Source of the DNA: Octopus sinensis
Taxonomy: Eukaryota
DNA: 64,000 nt
Direction: 5' to 3'
NCBI RefSeq assembly: GCF_006345805.1
Contig: NC_042998.1
Location: 153,450,001 to 153,514,000, forward strand
Shown here piece by piece: positions 52,930 through 64,000 of this stretch (its first letter is position 1; every line of letters begins with the position of its first letter). The notes beneath the pieces are model-generated. The model was given only the letters and a program-made list of their open reading frames with translations. It ran no database searches and was not told the DNA's origin. Both the position numbers and the translations under genes were made by a program.

Positions 52930-53290
52930 ACAATTCTCAGTCCAACATCACTGCCTCAAGGTCCTGGACAATCAAGCTCTCAATGTAAGTGTGACAACAT
53001 TTTCCTCTTCTTACATTACCATTAAGTGGGTTCCACAAGACTGATTTGGATGTTTCCAGTTCAGAGTGGCACATACAGTGACCAGATAGTCGCAGCCGTC
53101 TTTGACTGATCTTCTCTATAACTTTCAGTAGGTCTCCATAATGACATTCGTTTGTCATGTGTTGCTGCCATTTTACATTTAGGGCCATTCGTAGCATCCA
53201 TCTAACTCATTTGATAACTTCTTTGTCAGTGTCCATGTTTCACTGCCATATAATAGCACTCATTCAGCAGTTGCAATGAACAACTTGATT
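52930..53290 (-). mobile_element. RTE-like LINE C-terminal fragment
   Basis: ISQRRLRLSGHC..SVLWNP..RRGK..TYIESL. Confidence 0.7.
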
Positions 53291-53914
53291 ATATATATGA
53301 ACTGTTGAATATATATGTATTATTGAAGCTGAAAAGACTTCACAAACTGTTACTCAAAGTTCCACGTAACCAATCATCAGACTGTCATGAATATTTAGAG
53401 CAATGCAATAGTTTATAAGTATTTATAATTGTTCATGATTACAAGCTGATTAGGCAATTAATTTTCAAAATAACAGGAATTTATTGGATGTAAGCAATTG
53501 AATATAATGCAAAAATATATACACTTTGAGTTGAATTGTCATCATTTAACACATGTTTTCCATGTTGGTATGGATTGGACAATGGGCACTAAGTTCTGTT
53601 GTCAGCTTTGGTATGGTTTCTAAGGCTGGATGTTTTTCCTAACACCAACCATCTCCCAGAATATATTGAGTGCTTTTTTATGTGGTGCTAACACCAAGTA
53701 ACTTACAAGACAAAGATCCCTCTGCTGAGAAGTGTATTGGTATTGAGGAAGGTGGCTTTTTGTCGGGTGATGAAAGATTAGAGAAATAAGTGTCTTCCTG
53801 AAAAGAAGATAACCCAGTTAAGCAGGAGAGAGAAAATGGTGGTGATGTGCCAGAGATGCACCTCAGGCAATGGGGAGGTGAATATAAGTGGAGTGGTATA
53901 GAGGACTGAGTAAA

Positions 53915-54243
53915 GGTGCAAGACTCAGTGGTTAGAGTATCAGACATACAATTGTGAGTTTGTGAATTCGATTCCTGGCCCAGGTTGTTGCACTGTGTTC
54001 TTGAGCAAGACACTTTATTTCACCTTGCTCCAGTTCATTCAGCTATAGAAATATAAGTTTCAATGTCACTGTTGCCAAGCTGTATCAGCCTTTGCCTTAA
54101 ATAACATCGGTGATGTGGAGAGAAGATGCTGGTAAGTATGGACGACTTCTAGTCTTCCACAAACAACCTTGCCTGAACTTTTGCCTTGAAGGGGTACTTT
54201 CTAGGTGCAATCTCATGGTCATTCATGACTGAAGGGGTTTTTA
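53915..54243 (+). mobile_element. Diverged tRNA-derived SINE (third family)
   Basis: ctcagtggttagag..gaattcgattcc head; ttgagcaagacactttatttc body. Confidence 0.65.
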
Positions 54244-54762
54244 CAGGGGATTGGACTGGGTGAGTGAGCAGAGAGTTCCTAAGATAACATAAGGAGAGAG
54301 GGAAAGAGAAGGGGAATGCAGTGAGTGGGGAACACAGATATATTGGGGAGTGGGAGGATATCAATGATACAGTCAGCAGAGGAAAGACAGGAGAGGTAAC
54401 AAAGCAATGTTGAAAATTAGAATTGGATTGTGTAAATTTGTATTAAAATACATAGAGTGAGAAAGACCTCATCGGTAATAAGATGTTGCAAGTGATTAAA
54501 ACTGGATTTAAATGGAAATAAGTATTAAAAATTAAAACTAAAATAAGAGCAAATGAGTATCACAGACCAAATAAATTAAAAATAGACTTGTGGCTATGGG
54601 AGAAAATAGGAGAGGATAAGATGAGAAAAGAAGGAAGAACATAAGGAATACATATCTGTGTATATGTACTATAGCTTTATTTAATGTTCTACAACAAAAT
54701 TAAGGGAATACACATATATACAATATGTACATGTAGATAAATATAAATTGGCGGTGTGTATG

Positions 54763-54793
<31 letters not shown>

Positions 54794-54794
54794 T

Positions 54795-55275
54795 AGGTCT
54801 GGTGAGATTGTTGAGATGCTTGAACAGAGGCATTCAAGAGGTGACGTGGAGAGGAGCTTCAGTCAGCTTCCTCACACGCAAGAGGAAAAATCTGGGAAAG
54901 TAACAGCGACAGGTTAGGTGGTGTGGGCATACTTCTTGCAGAGAAATGGGTGGATAAGATCATAGAGGTAGTCAGATAGAGTACTTAAGTTCAGTCTAGT
55001 TTTGCAGAATAGTACAGCGACAATTATCTCTGCCTATGCCTCACCTCCCCAAGCGAATCTATCAAATGAACAAAAGGACCACTTTTATGATATTCTTCTG
55101 CAGATGAACGATTATAATTACATCTTTGTGGCTGGGGATTTCAATGGGCATGTGGGACAGCAACCCAGTATCTTCCATGAGGGCCATGGAATTGGTTCCT
55201 GAAACATAGAGGACAAGGCTACTGAGTTTTGTGATGAAAATAACCTATTGATCTGCAACACCAACTTTCAGAAGT
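54795..55275 (+). mobile_element. RTE endonuclease fragment
   Basis: TIISAYA..EQKDHFYDILLQ..FVAGDFNGHVG; similar to 21110-21620. Confidence 0.8.
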
Positions 55276-55499
55276 TCCTCTTCCACTTCTAACTTGGTTG
55301 CCTAAGTAACAGAAGCTATCTACTACTTCTAACGATTCCCCTAAACATTTGAGGGAGTTGATAGAAATTCCATACATTGTACCTCGTGCAAGCAGTATCT
55401 TGGGAAGATTAACAGAGAAAATAGTCTTTGTGTGCGGCTAATGTAGAGGTGCAGAAAGCTCTAAAATGCAACATTTAATTACTAAACAGTAATACATCT

Positions 55500-55840
55500 A
55501 GAAACAAACAACACACAACCGAACAAAGATACAACAGCACAAGAAGTAGCCCATTACATGGAAATTGCTTACCAACTAGCATAGGCTATAAACAAAAGTT
55601 TCATAGGAATACTAACAGAAAAGAACTACATCAGCACTACTAATGGAACCTTTCAAAAAAGATACACAACATACATTTTCTAGACCATATAAAAAGGGAA
55701 TACAACATCCTTGTCCAAATACCTACAGGACTAAAAAGAAAACAGCAGTGTAAACATATAAAAAGGAAAGTTATAGACTGCGAACCGTCATATAAACTGC
55801 TCTGATATCTGCTCAACAGAAAATACCACAAAACACATTG
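55500..55840 (+). mobile_element. Highly degenerate PLE GIY-YIG C-terminus
   Basis: FQKRYTT..TSLSKYL..KRKVID-like segments with frameshifts. Confidence 0.4.
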
Positions 55841-56486
55841 TCATCATCATTGGTGGCAACAGCAGTGGGAATACTAACATTTTCCCTGCTGAAATAGATT
55901 GGACATTTTGACAAGAGCTAGCCAGATAGATGGCTGTATGAAGCTCTATTGTCACTTCTGCATGGTTTTATGGTTAGTTGCTATTCTTAATACCAACCAC
56001 TCTATAGAGTATACTGGATGCTTTTTTTGTAGCAGCAGTACCAGGTGGGGTCACCAAGTAACTTACAAGACAAAGTCACCTCGACAGGGCAGGGAGGTTA
56101 GTATTATTGAGTATATGAGATGAACAAAATCATGTCCCTATGCAAACTCCAAAACAGATTCATTTTCAAAAAAAATTAGATAAAGCAAACAACAAAATTG
56201 AGATAAAGCAAACAACAAAACCTACACCTAGACATAAACTTAATACATATAAGCATAGATACACAGACACCCATACAACAAAACCAATATACACATGGCA
56301 TGCAAAAGCATGTGCCCACTGTCAAAACCATTAACTTCAAAAAACTACACACTATATGTATATGTGTATATATGCATGTGTGTGCCTGTATGCATATGTA
56401 TATGTATACATATATTTATGTGTAATATATCTATATGTTTATGTGTGTGGTGTATATGCATGTGACGTATATATATATATATATAG

Positions 56487-58273
56487 TTAATCCAAACATG
56501 AAAACACAAAGAGAAAACACAACGCGAGGACGTGGAACAAATATAGTATTATTGGACGTTCAGGAAGGAAGGGAAGAAGGAGGGTTTAACGTTTCGAGTG
56601 GAGCTCTTCATCAGAAACATAGGAAAAAGAAAGATCCAGAGAAGGGAAGACGGAGGAAAAAAAATCGCCAACGGTACACACGCGGTCACATTTTGAATGA
56701 CTGGAGGGGAATGGGTGAAGGAAAGTTCTTTCAAAGACAGGAGAGTGCAAGAGGAGGTATGTGTGTGGATATGTGCGTATGCACAGGTCTGTGTGTGCGT
56801 GTGTGTGTATGTGTGTATGTATGTGTGTGTTCGTGTGTGTAAGCGTAGAGTTTGTGTGTGTGGCAAATAACTGCTTTACTTTGTGTATGTGTGCGTGTGT
56901 GCTTGTACGTGCGTATGCGTGTACACATGTATGTATAATTGTGTGCGTGTATGTATAATTGTGTGCTGTGTGTATGGGATGTATGTGTGGGTTCATTTGT
57001 GTGTGTGTGTGTGTATGTATGTGCGTGCATGTGTGAGTGTAAATGTATGTGGGTGTATATATGTGTATCCGTGGGGTTGTGAGTGTTAGGTGTGTGCATG
57101 CGTGTGTATGTCTGCACATGTTTTTGTGTGCGTGTGTGTGTGTCTGTGTCTATATGTATATATGTATGTGTATGTGTGTGTGCGCATGTAGGCATATATT
57201 ATGTGTATGTAGATGTATAGGTGTGTGTATGGGGGGGTGGAGTTGTGTAGGCGTAATGTGCATGCGTGTGCTTACGCACGTGTATGTGCATGTGTGTCTG
57301 TGCCCATGTGTGTATAATTGTGTGTGTATCTGTATGAGTATTGTTTGTTGGAGGTATATGTGGGAATCTGTGCTGGTGTATGCATGTGTATGTACATGTG
57401 TATATATGTGTGTGCATGTATTATGTGCATATGTATGTGCGTGTATGTGTATGTGCGTGTGTGTATGTGCGTGCGTGTGTATATGTGCGTGTGAACGTGG
57501 AGACGTGTGTCAGGTTGTGTGTGTGTGTGTGTGAACGTGGAGATGTGTGTCAGGTTGTGTTCATTTTATTGTGTGTACGCACGTGTCCTTGAGTATGTGC
57601 ATGTATGTGGTTGTGTGTATGTTTATGTGAGTGTGTCTAAAGATATGTGTGTCTGTGTGTGCGTGGGGTTGGGTGAGATAGGTTTCTGTGCATTCCTGTG
57701 TGTTTGTGTATGTGTGTGGGTGTGTGTATATGTGTATGTATGCATGTGTGTGTGTGTGTGTGGAAGTATGTGTGCGTATATGAGCATGTATGTATGTTGT
57801 ATGTGTGTGGTGTGTGGGAGGTATATGTGTGTTCGTGGATACGTATGTGTTCGTGTATAAAAACAATAATAAACAACAAAAAACAAAAAATTATAAAACA
57901 ATAAAATAAAAGGAAGTTGATCCAATATAAAAGACGTAATTGCACGTAAGGAAAGAAAATGATAAAAAGAGAAGAGAAGAAAGAAGAAATAAAGTTGCTT
58001 GTTGGGGGAGGTGTAGAGGCAGTCACTAAGAAGAGGGGATGTGTTAAGTCCATGCAGGATATTAGTCCGTAAATTGAATATATATCGTTGTTCCAGGTGA
58101 AGCCTGGATTGTGGAGGTCCGTTGTGTGGGGCGAGACCAAACACAGAGATGTCAATGGGGGGGGGCCAAGCAGAAGTGACAGGTGACGGGAGAGTTGGAA
58201 CGTAGCCGATGTTCGGTGAACCGGTCGGTCAGTCGGCAGCCCGTCTGTCCTACATAAAGCATCCCACAGAGGT
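56487..58273 (-). mobile_element. PLE 3' portion: GIY-YIG C-half (58030-58273), CA-rich 3' UTR, HHR terminus
   Basis: LCGMLYVGQTGCRLTDRFTEH..IDISVFGL..RLHLEQRYIFNLRTNILHGLN; ~1.1-kb degenerate (CA) tract; HHR at 56584. Confidence 0.9.
56584..56618 (-). ncRNA. Minimal type I hammerhead ribozyme motif, canonical core
   Basis: Minus strand: GTTT-CTGATGA-A-GAG-ctcca-CTC-GAA-ACGT-T-AAAC. Confidence 0.82.
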
Positions 58274-58457
58274 TATATATATATATATATATATGTATAT
58301 TGGCAGGGCTGGCCTGCTAGGTAGCCGGCCAGAATGCTAGAAATAGATCATCAACGATCAAACTACAAGGGAAATTCTCTAGAGGAAGAATTCAGCGAAC
58401 ACCAGAACCAAATTTGGCGGGCAGGACATATGAAAAATTAAATAAAAAACAGACTTA

Positions 58458-58533
58458 AATGCATACCTCGGTTTCGGTCTTAACAAAAGAATTACTTGCA
58501 TAATTCAAGTGTCCGTGACTTCTTCAGTACATT
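58458..58533 (-). ncRNA. Type I hammerhead ribozyme motif (left arm)
   Basis: Reverse complement of 59003-59078. Confidence 0.82.
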
Positions 58534-59002
58534 CGGTCCTCGAGATGCAAACCGCAAGACTAACCCCAGCTCTCTGTGTCAAGACAGACACGTGCTTAGT
58601 CTTACTGATTACATCGGGAATAAAATTTCAAATGTCTTGGTTCCGGCGCACTAAGAGACTCCTGAAGCGAAGGGCTGCAGTGAATAATTCACTGCGGGTA
58701 AAGCTTACTACTAGGGAACGTATTTATTTAAATATTTAAAAATTGAGGGAGATAAATTAATATTAATTTTAAATATTAATTTATCTCCCTCAATTTTTAA
58801 ATATTTAAATAAATACGTTCCCTAGTAGTAAGCTTTACCCGCAGTGAATTATTCACTGCAGCCCTTCGCTTCAGGAGTCTCTTAGTGCGCCGGAACCAAG
58901 ACATTTGAAATTTTATTCCCGATGTAATCAGTAAGACTAAGCACGTGTCTGTCTTGACACAGAGAGCTGGGGTTAGTCTTGCGGTTTGCATCTCGAGGAC
59001 CG

Positions 59003-59078
59003 AATGTACTGAAGAAGTCACGGACACTTGAATTATGCAAGTAATTCTTTTGTTAAGACCGAAACCGAGGTATGCATT
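59003..59078 (+). ncRNA. Type I hammerhead ribozyme motif (right arm)
   Basis: AATGTA-CTGAAGA-A-GTC..GAC-C-GAA-ACC-ga-GGT-A-TGCATT. Confidence 0.82.
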
Positions 59079-59346
59079 TAAGTCTGTTTTTTATTTAATT
59101 TTTCATATGTCCTGCCCGCCAAATTTGGTTCTGGTGTTCGCTGAATTCTTCCTCTAGAGAATTTCCCTTGTAGTTTGATCGTTGATGATCTATTTCTAGC
59201 ATTCTGGCCGGCTACCTAGCAGGCCAGCCCTGCCAATATACACATATATTTGAATTTTCTCTGACTCCTCAGATTTTTGAATGCTGGACTACTGGTTTTA
59301 AATTGATATTAAAATTAATATTAATTTATCTCCCTCAATTTTTAAA

Positions 59347-59436
<90 letters not shown>

Positions 59437-59438
<2 letters not shown>

Positions 59439-62400
59439 ACCTGTGTCAGTTGGGTAGAAAGGGCTCCTTAGCCGTAGTGAAGGCAATCTGTCTAGGGAGA
59501 TAACCTTACAATAAATCACTTGGTCCGTAGCTTAGAAATACTGGGTTGACGTCCAGCGGGAACAGCTTTGTTTCATGGAGGAGGAAAGATCTACTTTAGT
59601 GCTTGGTTGTACAATGCTTTCCAATGTGTGTAGTAGCCATTTGAAAAGACTATGGAATTTGCAATTAACTGCACCAGGGTTCCTCTTCCCCAGGGAACCA
59701 GACTTAATGGTATACCTGGATGTAGGTCCAGCCCCTACTTGGCCAGGTCTTGTCTCTGATCACGTTGCACCTCCAAGGGCATCCAATGACGGTGATGCCC
59801 TCAATCTTAACAGATGGGTATCACCTGATGGAGAAGAGTCAGCTCCCAAACAAACATCTCATCAGCTGTAAAAATCATACGATATTCAGCACTTTCAATG
59901 CCCGCACCCTCGGTCCTCTCGGCTGTTTAGAAGAACTTGGTGCAAATGCAGAATCACACATCATTGATATAATAGCTGTCCAAGAACACCGATTCTACCA
60001 CTCTGACGATATCCTCAAATACCATCAAGTCGGATTTTATCAATTTGTAACCTCCTCAGCATCAAAGAATACTGTTAATTCAACAGTTGGAGGTATCGGC
60101 TTTCTACTTTCATCAAAAGCTAGTGACACTCTCTTGAGTATAGAGTCAATCTCACCCAGAATTATGGTGCTTGAGATAGATGGAAATCTGAAAACAACAT
60201 TGGTATGTGTGTAAAAAAGCTAAGCCTCACCCGATGAAAACGATCGACTGGAAGGAAGTCTCGTCTAACCCCAATATGTCCAAGCAATTTACTATTGAGG
60301 TCTATAACAAATTTCAATCTTTGTCTATTTCTGAATGACAATGATGAAGAGAAACGGGGCGAGTGTGTCTCCCTGCAGTATTCCGGCTTTGATTGATAAA
60401 GATGATGTTTCCCCATCAGGGGTTAAGATAGTTGAAGACATATCTGTGTAGAGGACCTTGATGGCAGAAATGATTTTGTCTGGGATCCCATAGAGCTTAA
60501 GGATTTCAAACATCTTGTACCTATCTACAGAGTCGAACGCCTTAGAGAACATTGAAGAAGTTTACAGTAGCCTCATCAAATCAACACAGGAAGTAGCACT
60601 GCTACTCTTCCCAAAAAGAAGAGTAGGGGCCAGAGCAAACCTTATAATTCTCCAAATGTTATCAAAGCCAGAAACCATCTAAAGTCTATATCACTAGCTT
60701 ACCACCGTTCTCCATCCCAGTCACTGAAGATCTAACTCATAACTGCCAAGAAGAATCTTGATGATGCTTACTTGAACGCCGAGGCCGACTTTATCAACGG
60801 CAAAATTAGCAAACTATCCAAAGAGCACATTAGTAAAAAACACCATCTTGCCTGGAAATCCATAAAAGACCTATCAGGCAAAAATTCTGGGTCATCAATT
60901 AGAATCAAAGGGGGATCAGCAAAGAAGCGTTTAGAAAATTGGTCAACTCATTTTAAAAACCTTCTTGGAAAGAATGCCAAAATCCCTGATAACCCCACTC
61001 TTCCAAGTGTGCCTATATCAGATACGCTGGACATCAACACCTCCCCTTTTACCATATTTGAACTAACAGCAGCCACTAAACAACTGAAAGCCTCGAAAGC
61101 ATCTGGTCCCTGATAACCCCACTCTTCCAAGTGTGCCTATATCAGATATGCTGGACATCAACACCTCCCCTTTTACCATATTTGAACTAACAGCAGCCAC
61201 TAAACAACTGAAAGCCTCGAAAGCATTTGGTCCCAACAACATCCCAGCTATAATTTGGAAGGATGATAGATTTCACGTACTTTTGCTCAATCTTTGCAAT
61301 TACACACTTTCCACTTTTATAGCTCCAAAGATTTGGCACCAATCTCAAATCATCCCAATACCCCAAAAAGTCGATGTATCCCTCGTCACCAACTACAGGG
61401 GTATATCTCTAATGTCAATTGCTGCAAAATTGTACAACAAACTGATTCTAAACCGTCTCGTCCCTTTTGTTGAACCTTTGCTCTGAAAGAACCAAAATGG
61501 ATTCAGACATGGGTGCTCAACGTTGAGCCAAATACTATACCTACGCAGACTTATTGAAGAATCAAAAGCATTTAATCACGATCTTGCAATGGTGTTTGTA
61601 GACTTTTCTAAGGCGTTCGACTCTGTAGATAGGTACAAGATGTTTGAAATCCTTAAGCTCTATGGGATCCCAGACAAAATCATTTCTGCCATCAAGGTCC
61701 TCTACACAGATATGTCTTCAACTATCTTAACCCCTGATGGGGAAACATCATCTTTATCAATCAAAGCCGGAATACTGCAGGGAGACACACTCGCCCCGTT
61801 TCTCTTCATCATTGTCATTGACTATGTGCTACGTATGTCAGTTGATACCATTTCTGGTAAGGGCTTTGAAATAAAACCTAGAAGTTCCTGACACCCAGCT
61901 GAATACTTAACAGACACTGACGACATCGATCTTATCAGTGATTCTCTCTCCAATGCCCAGTCTCTTTTACAATCTCTTAAACAAGCCTCAAATTGTGTAG
62001 GTCTTTACCTCAATAAGTCCAAGACTGAATGTGTAAACAAGTGCCTGTCCAACAGTGATTTCATCATCCATACTCTCAACAATATGCTCTTAAATATGGT
62101 TTCTGATTACAAATATCTTGGGTCATACATATCATCATCTGAAAATGATTTTCTAACTAGAAAGGGTATGGCCTGGTCAGCCTGTAATGATATGCATAAG
62201 ATCTGGTCATCAAATTCAAACTTAAAATCTTCAAAGCCACAGTCGAACCAATTCTACTATACGGCTCAGAAACCTGGACGTTATCAAAGAAGTTTGAGAG
62301 GCGGTTGGATGGAACTTACACTCGCCTCCTTATGAAAGCTCAAAATCTCTCATGGAAGTGTCATCCAACCAAAGTACAAATATATGGGAAACTACCACCT

Positions 62401-62661
62401 GTATCATCTCTTGTGAAAAGTAGAAGAGTCCAGTTTGCTGGACATTGTTGTAGAGCTGAAAACAAGGTAATTTCTACTCTTCTCCTCTGGAATCCATCTG
62501 CTTGCGATACCAGAGGGCGCACACTTTCCTACCCTGATGTAATCTCCAGGAATACAGGCATCCAGCAACAGGACCTCCGTAATGCTATGATGGACCGTGA
62601 AGTCTGGCGTAACATAGTAAATTCCATTGTCTCGACCATGGTCAAACAATGATGATGATGA
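59437..62661 (+). mobile_element. Near full-length rearranged RTE-like LINE (APE + RT), a family distinct from 26425
   Basis: STFNARTL..IIAVQEHR..GGIGFL (APE); NYRGISL, VFVDFSKAFDSV, GILQGDTLAP, YKYLG; (GAT)n tail; internal deletion, inversion (60334-60547) and ~124-bp tandem duplication (~60987-61235). Confidence 0.92.
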
Positions 62662-62670
62662 TATATATAT

Positions 62671-62961
62671 ATCAGTTGAATTCAGTTACAACACAGTTTG
62701 GTGTTCCCATTTTTTATTATTGTATTTAAAAAAAATTTTTTTACAATGTTGAAGTGTGTTAAACATTAAAAAAATATTGACTAGTCAATACATTTTGAAA
62801 TCTGATGATTACTACAAACATATGAAAGTGCTAATTTAACTTTATGAACATTACTAAATATTTTTTTAATGTTTAACACACTTCAACATTGTAAAAAAAA
62901 TTTTTTAATGCAAATATAATAAATGTGAAACCAGGCCATGTTGTAACTTTGTTCAACTGAT
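62671..62961. repeat. MITE-like inverted repeat (~290 bp)
   Basis: ATCAGTTGAA / TTCAACTGAT ends; ~50-bp inner arms 62730-62779 and 62857-62905. Confidence 0.7.
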
Positions 62962-63379
62962 GCATTATTCTATAAACATTTACACAAATTTGGAAAATAT
63001 ATATATATGTTGGACTCTCCCATCAGTTTTGTCCGACAACGTACTCTTTCTTTGTGAGCCATAATGCTTATGTCAAATGTGACATTTAAGTTCCTCCAAT
63101 GATTTGCCAGGAATGTTGCAGATGTTGTAAGTATGAGAATTACAGATCAGTGCAAGTGGTATATTTGTAGCCACTTTTCTCCTTTGCCTTGCACCCCGAA
63201 ACCTGTTAATGCTGGTTGCAACAAAGTTTCTAATACCATTTTGACACAACAATCTCCATTTTGTTCATTCCAAGGCTGTTTACTCAACGGTGTTGTAAAC
63301 TATCTTCATTTCTAAGAGGTTACTCTTCAGCTTGTCCATATATCTGAATCATGATCGACCAACATTCCTGTGCCCACTC

Positions 63380-63780
63380 TCAAGCTGGATGTACATGAGG
63401 TATTTTTTCATCACTCATTCTGAAGATATGGCCAATTCTGTGATTGCATATGGAAGCTCTCAATTCCACTAATCTTACATTTGCTAAACAAGTCAACATT
63501 AGAAACTCTGTCTTTTAGTGAATAACCGCAGATTATCCTCAGACAGCCTTTGTGGAAGATGTCTCGTTGGTTAATGTGTCTTCTATATGGTATCCACGAT
63601 TCTGAGCCATACAAGAGAGTAGTAAAAATGGCAGTTTTATAGACCTGTACTTTAGTGTCAAGTTCGATGCCCCTTTCATTCCATAGGTGATGATGGAGTT
63701 TGCCAAATGCATTGGTTGCCTTTGCAAGATGATTGATGATTTCATCATCAAGGGAAGTGCTGTTCTGTTGGTTCTTCATT
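63380..63780 (-). mobile_element. RTE/BovB-like LINE C-terminal fragment
   Basis: LAKATNAFGKL..TKVQVYKTAIFTTLLYGSESW..CLRIICG..DRVSN. Confidence 0.85.
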
Positions 63781-64000
63781 TGTCTTAATATTTTACATAT
63801 TTTTCATATATATTTTACATATATTTCGTGAAGTTTTTCTGTGTTTACATTCGTTGCAATGAATGCCTTTCAGTTTAAACCCAGGTCAGGCCAGAATGAG
63901 CAATTCTGTATTTTTACTGAAAATGTAAGACAACATTATTTAATGTGTCCTTCATTTTAAAAATGTTAGCATAATGTGAGGGAGATTTGGCTGTTATTTC

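Larger units (their letters stand above)
58295..59351. mobile_element. 947-bp palindrome (470-bp arms, 7-nt spacer) plus tail and terminal redundancy; non-coding, HHR-bearing
   Basis: 58295-58764 is the reverse complement of 58772-59241; 59310-59351 repeats the unit start; (TA)n on both sides. Confidence 0.93.

Noticed and set aside
59299-59351. Flip/flop hairpin-terminus isomer (parvovirus-like) of the palindrome spacer
   Set aside because: More simply explained as wrap-around of a 545-nt unit, with the two arms truncated 7 nt apart.
59437-59600. HDV-like ribozyme at RTE 5' ends (also ~20890)
   Set aside because: RTEs can carry them, but I could not build the nested double pseudoknot by eye; a descriptor search is needed.

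Overview
AT-rich, microsatellite-dense eukaryotic genomic DNA. The SINE/RTE repertoire and (TA)n load suggest a coleoid cephalopod such as Octopus, but this is inference and was not confirmed by a search. The only host gene I can support is the 3' end of a diacylglycerol kinase epsilon-like gene (DGKE-like): three GT-AG exons on + at 29387-29523, 39371-39482 and 42012-42125. The rest is mobile DNA: Penelope-like elements (PLE; RT plus GIY-YIG) of several families, RTE-clade LINEs, L1/Tx1 and RLE-type LINE relics, Tc1/mariner relics, MITEs, tRNA-derived SINEs, microsatellites and one 100-N gap. The most notable signal is not protein-coding. I read about 16 minimal type I hammerhead-ribozyme (HHR) motifs by eye, most with self-complementary stem III. 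They include compensatory core variants G3:C8 and U3:A8 alongside canonical C3:G8. Many sit in head-to-head, tails-out fold-back insertions abutting (TA)n, in which one arm carries an extra tail. The clearest case is a near-perfect 947-bp palindrome (58295-59241) whose right arm wraps round to its own start, implying a 545-nt tandem or circular, retrozyme-like RNA template. All RNA folds were read by eye, and ribozyme activity is untested.
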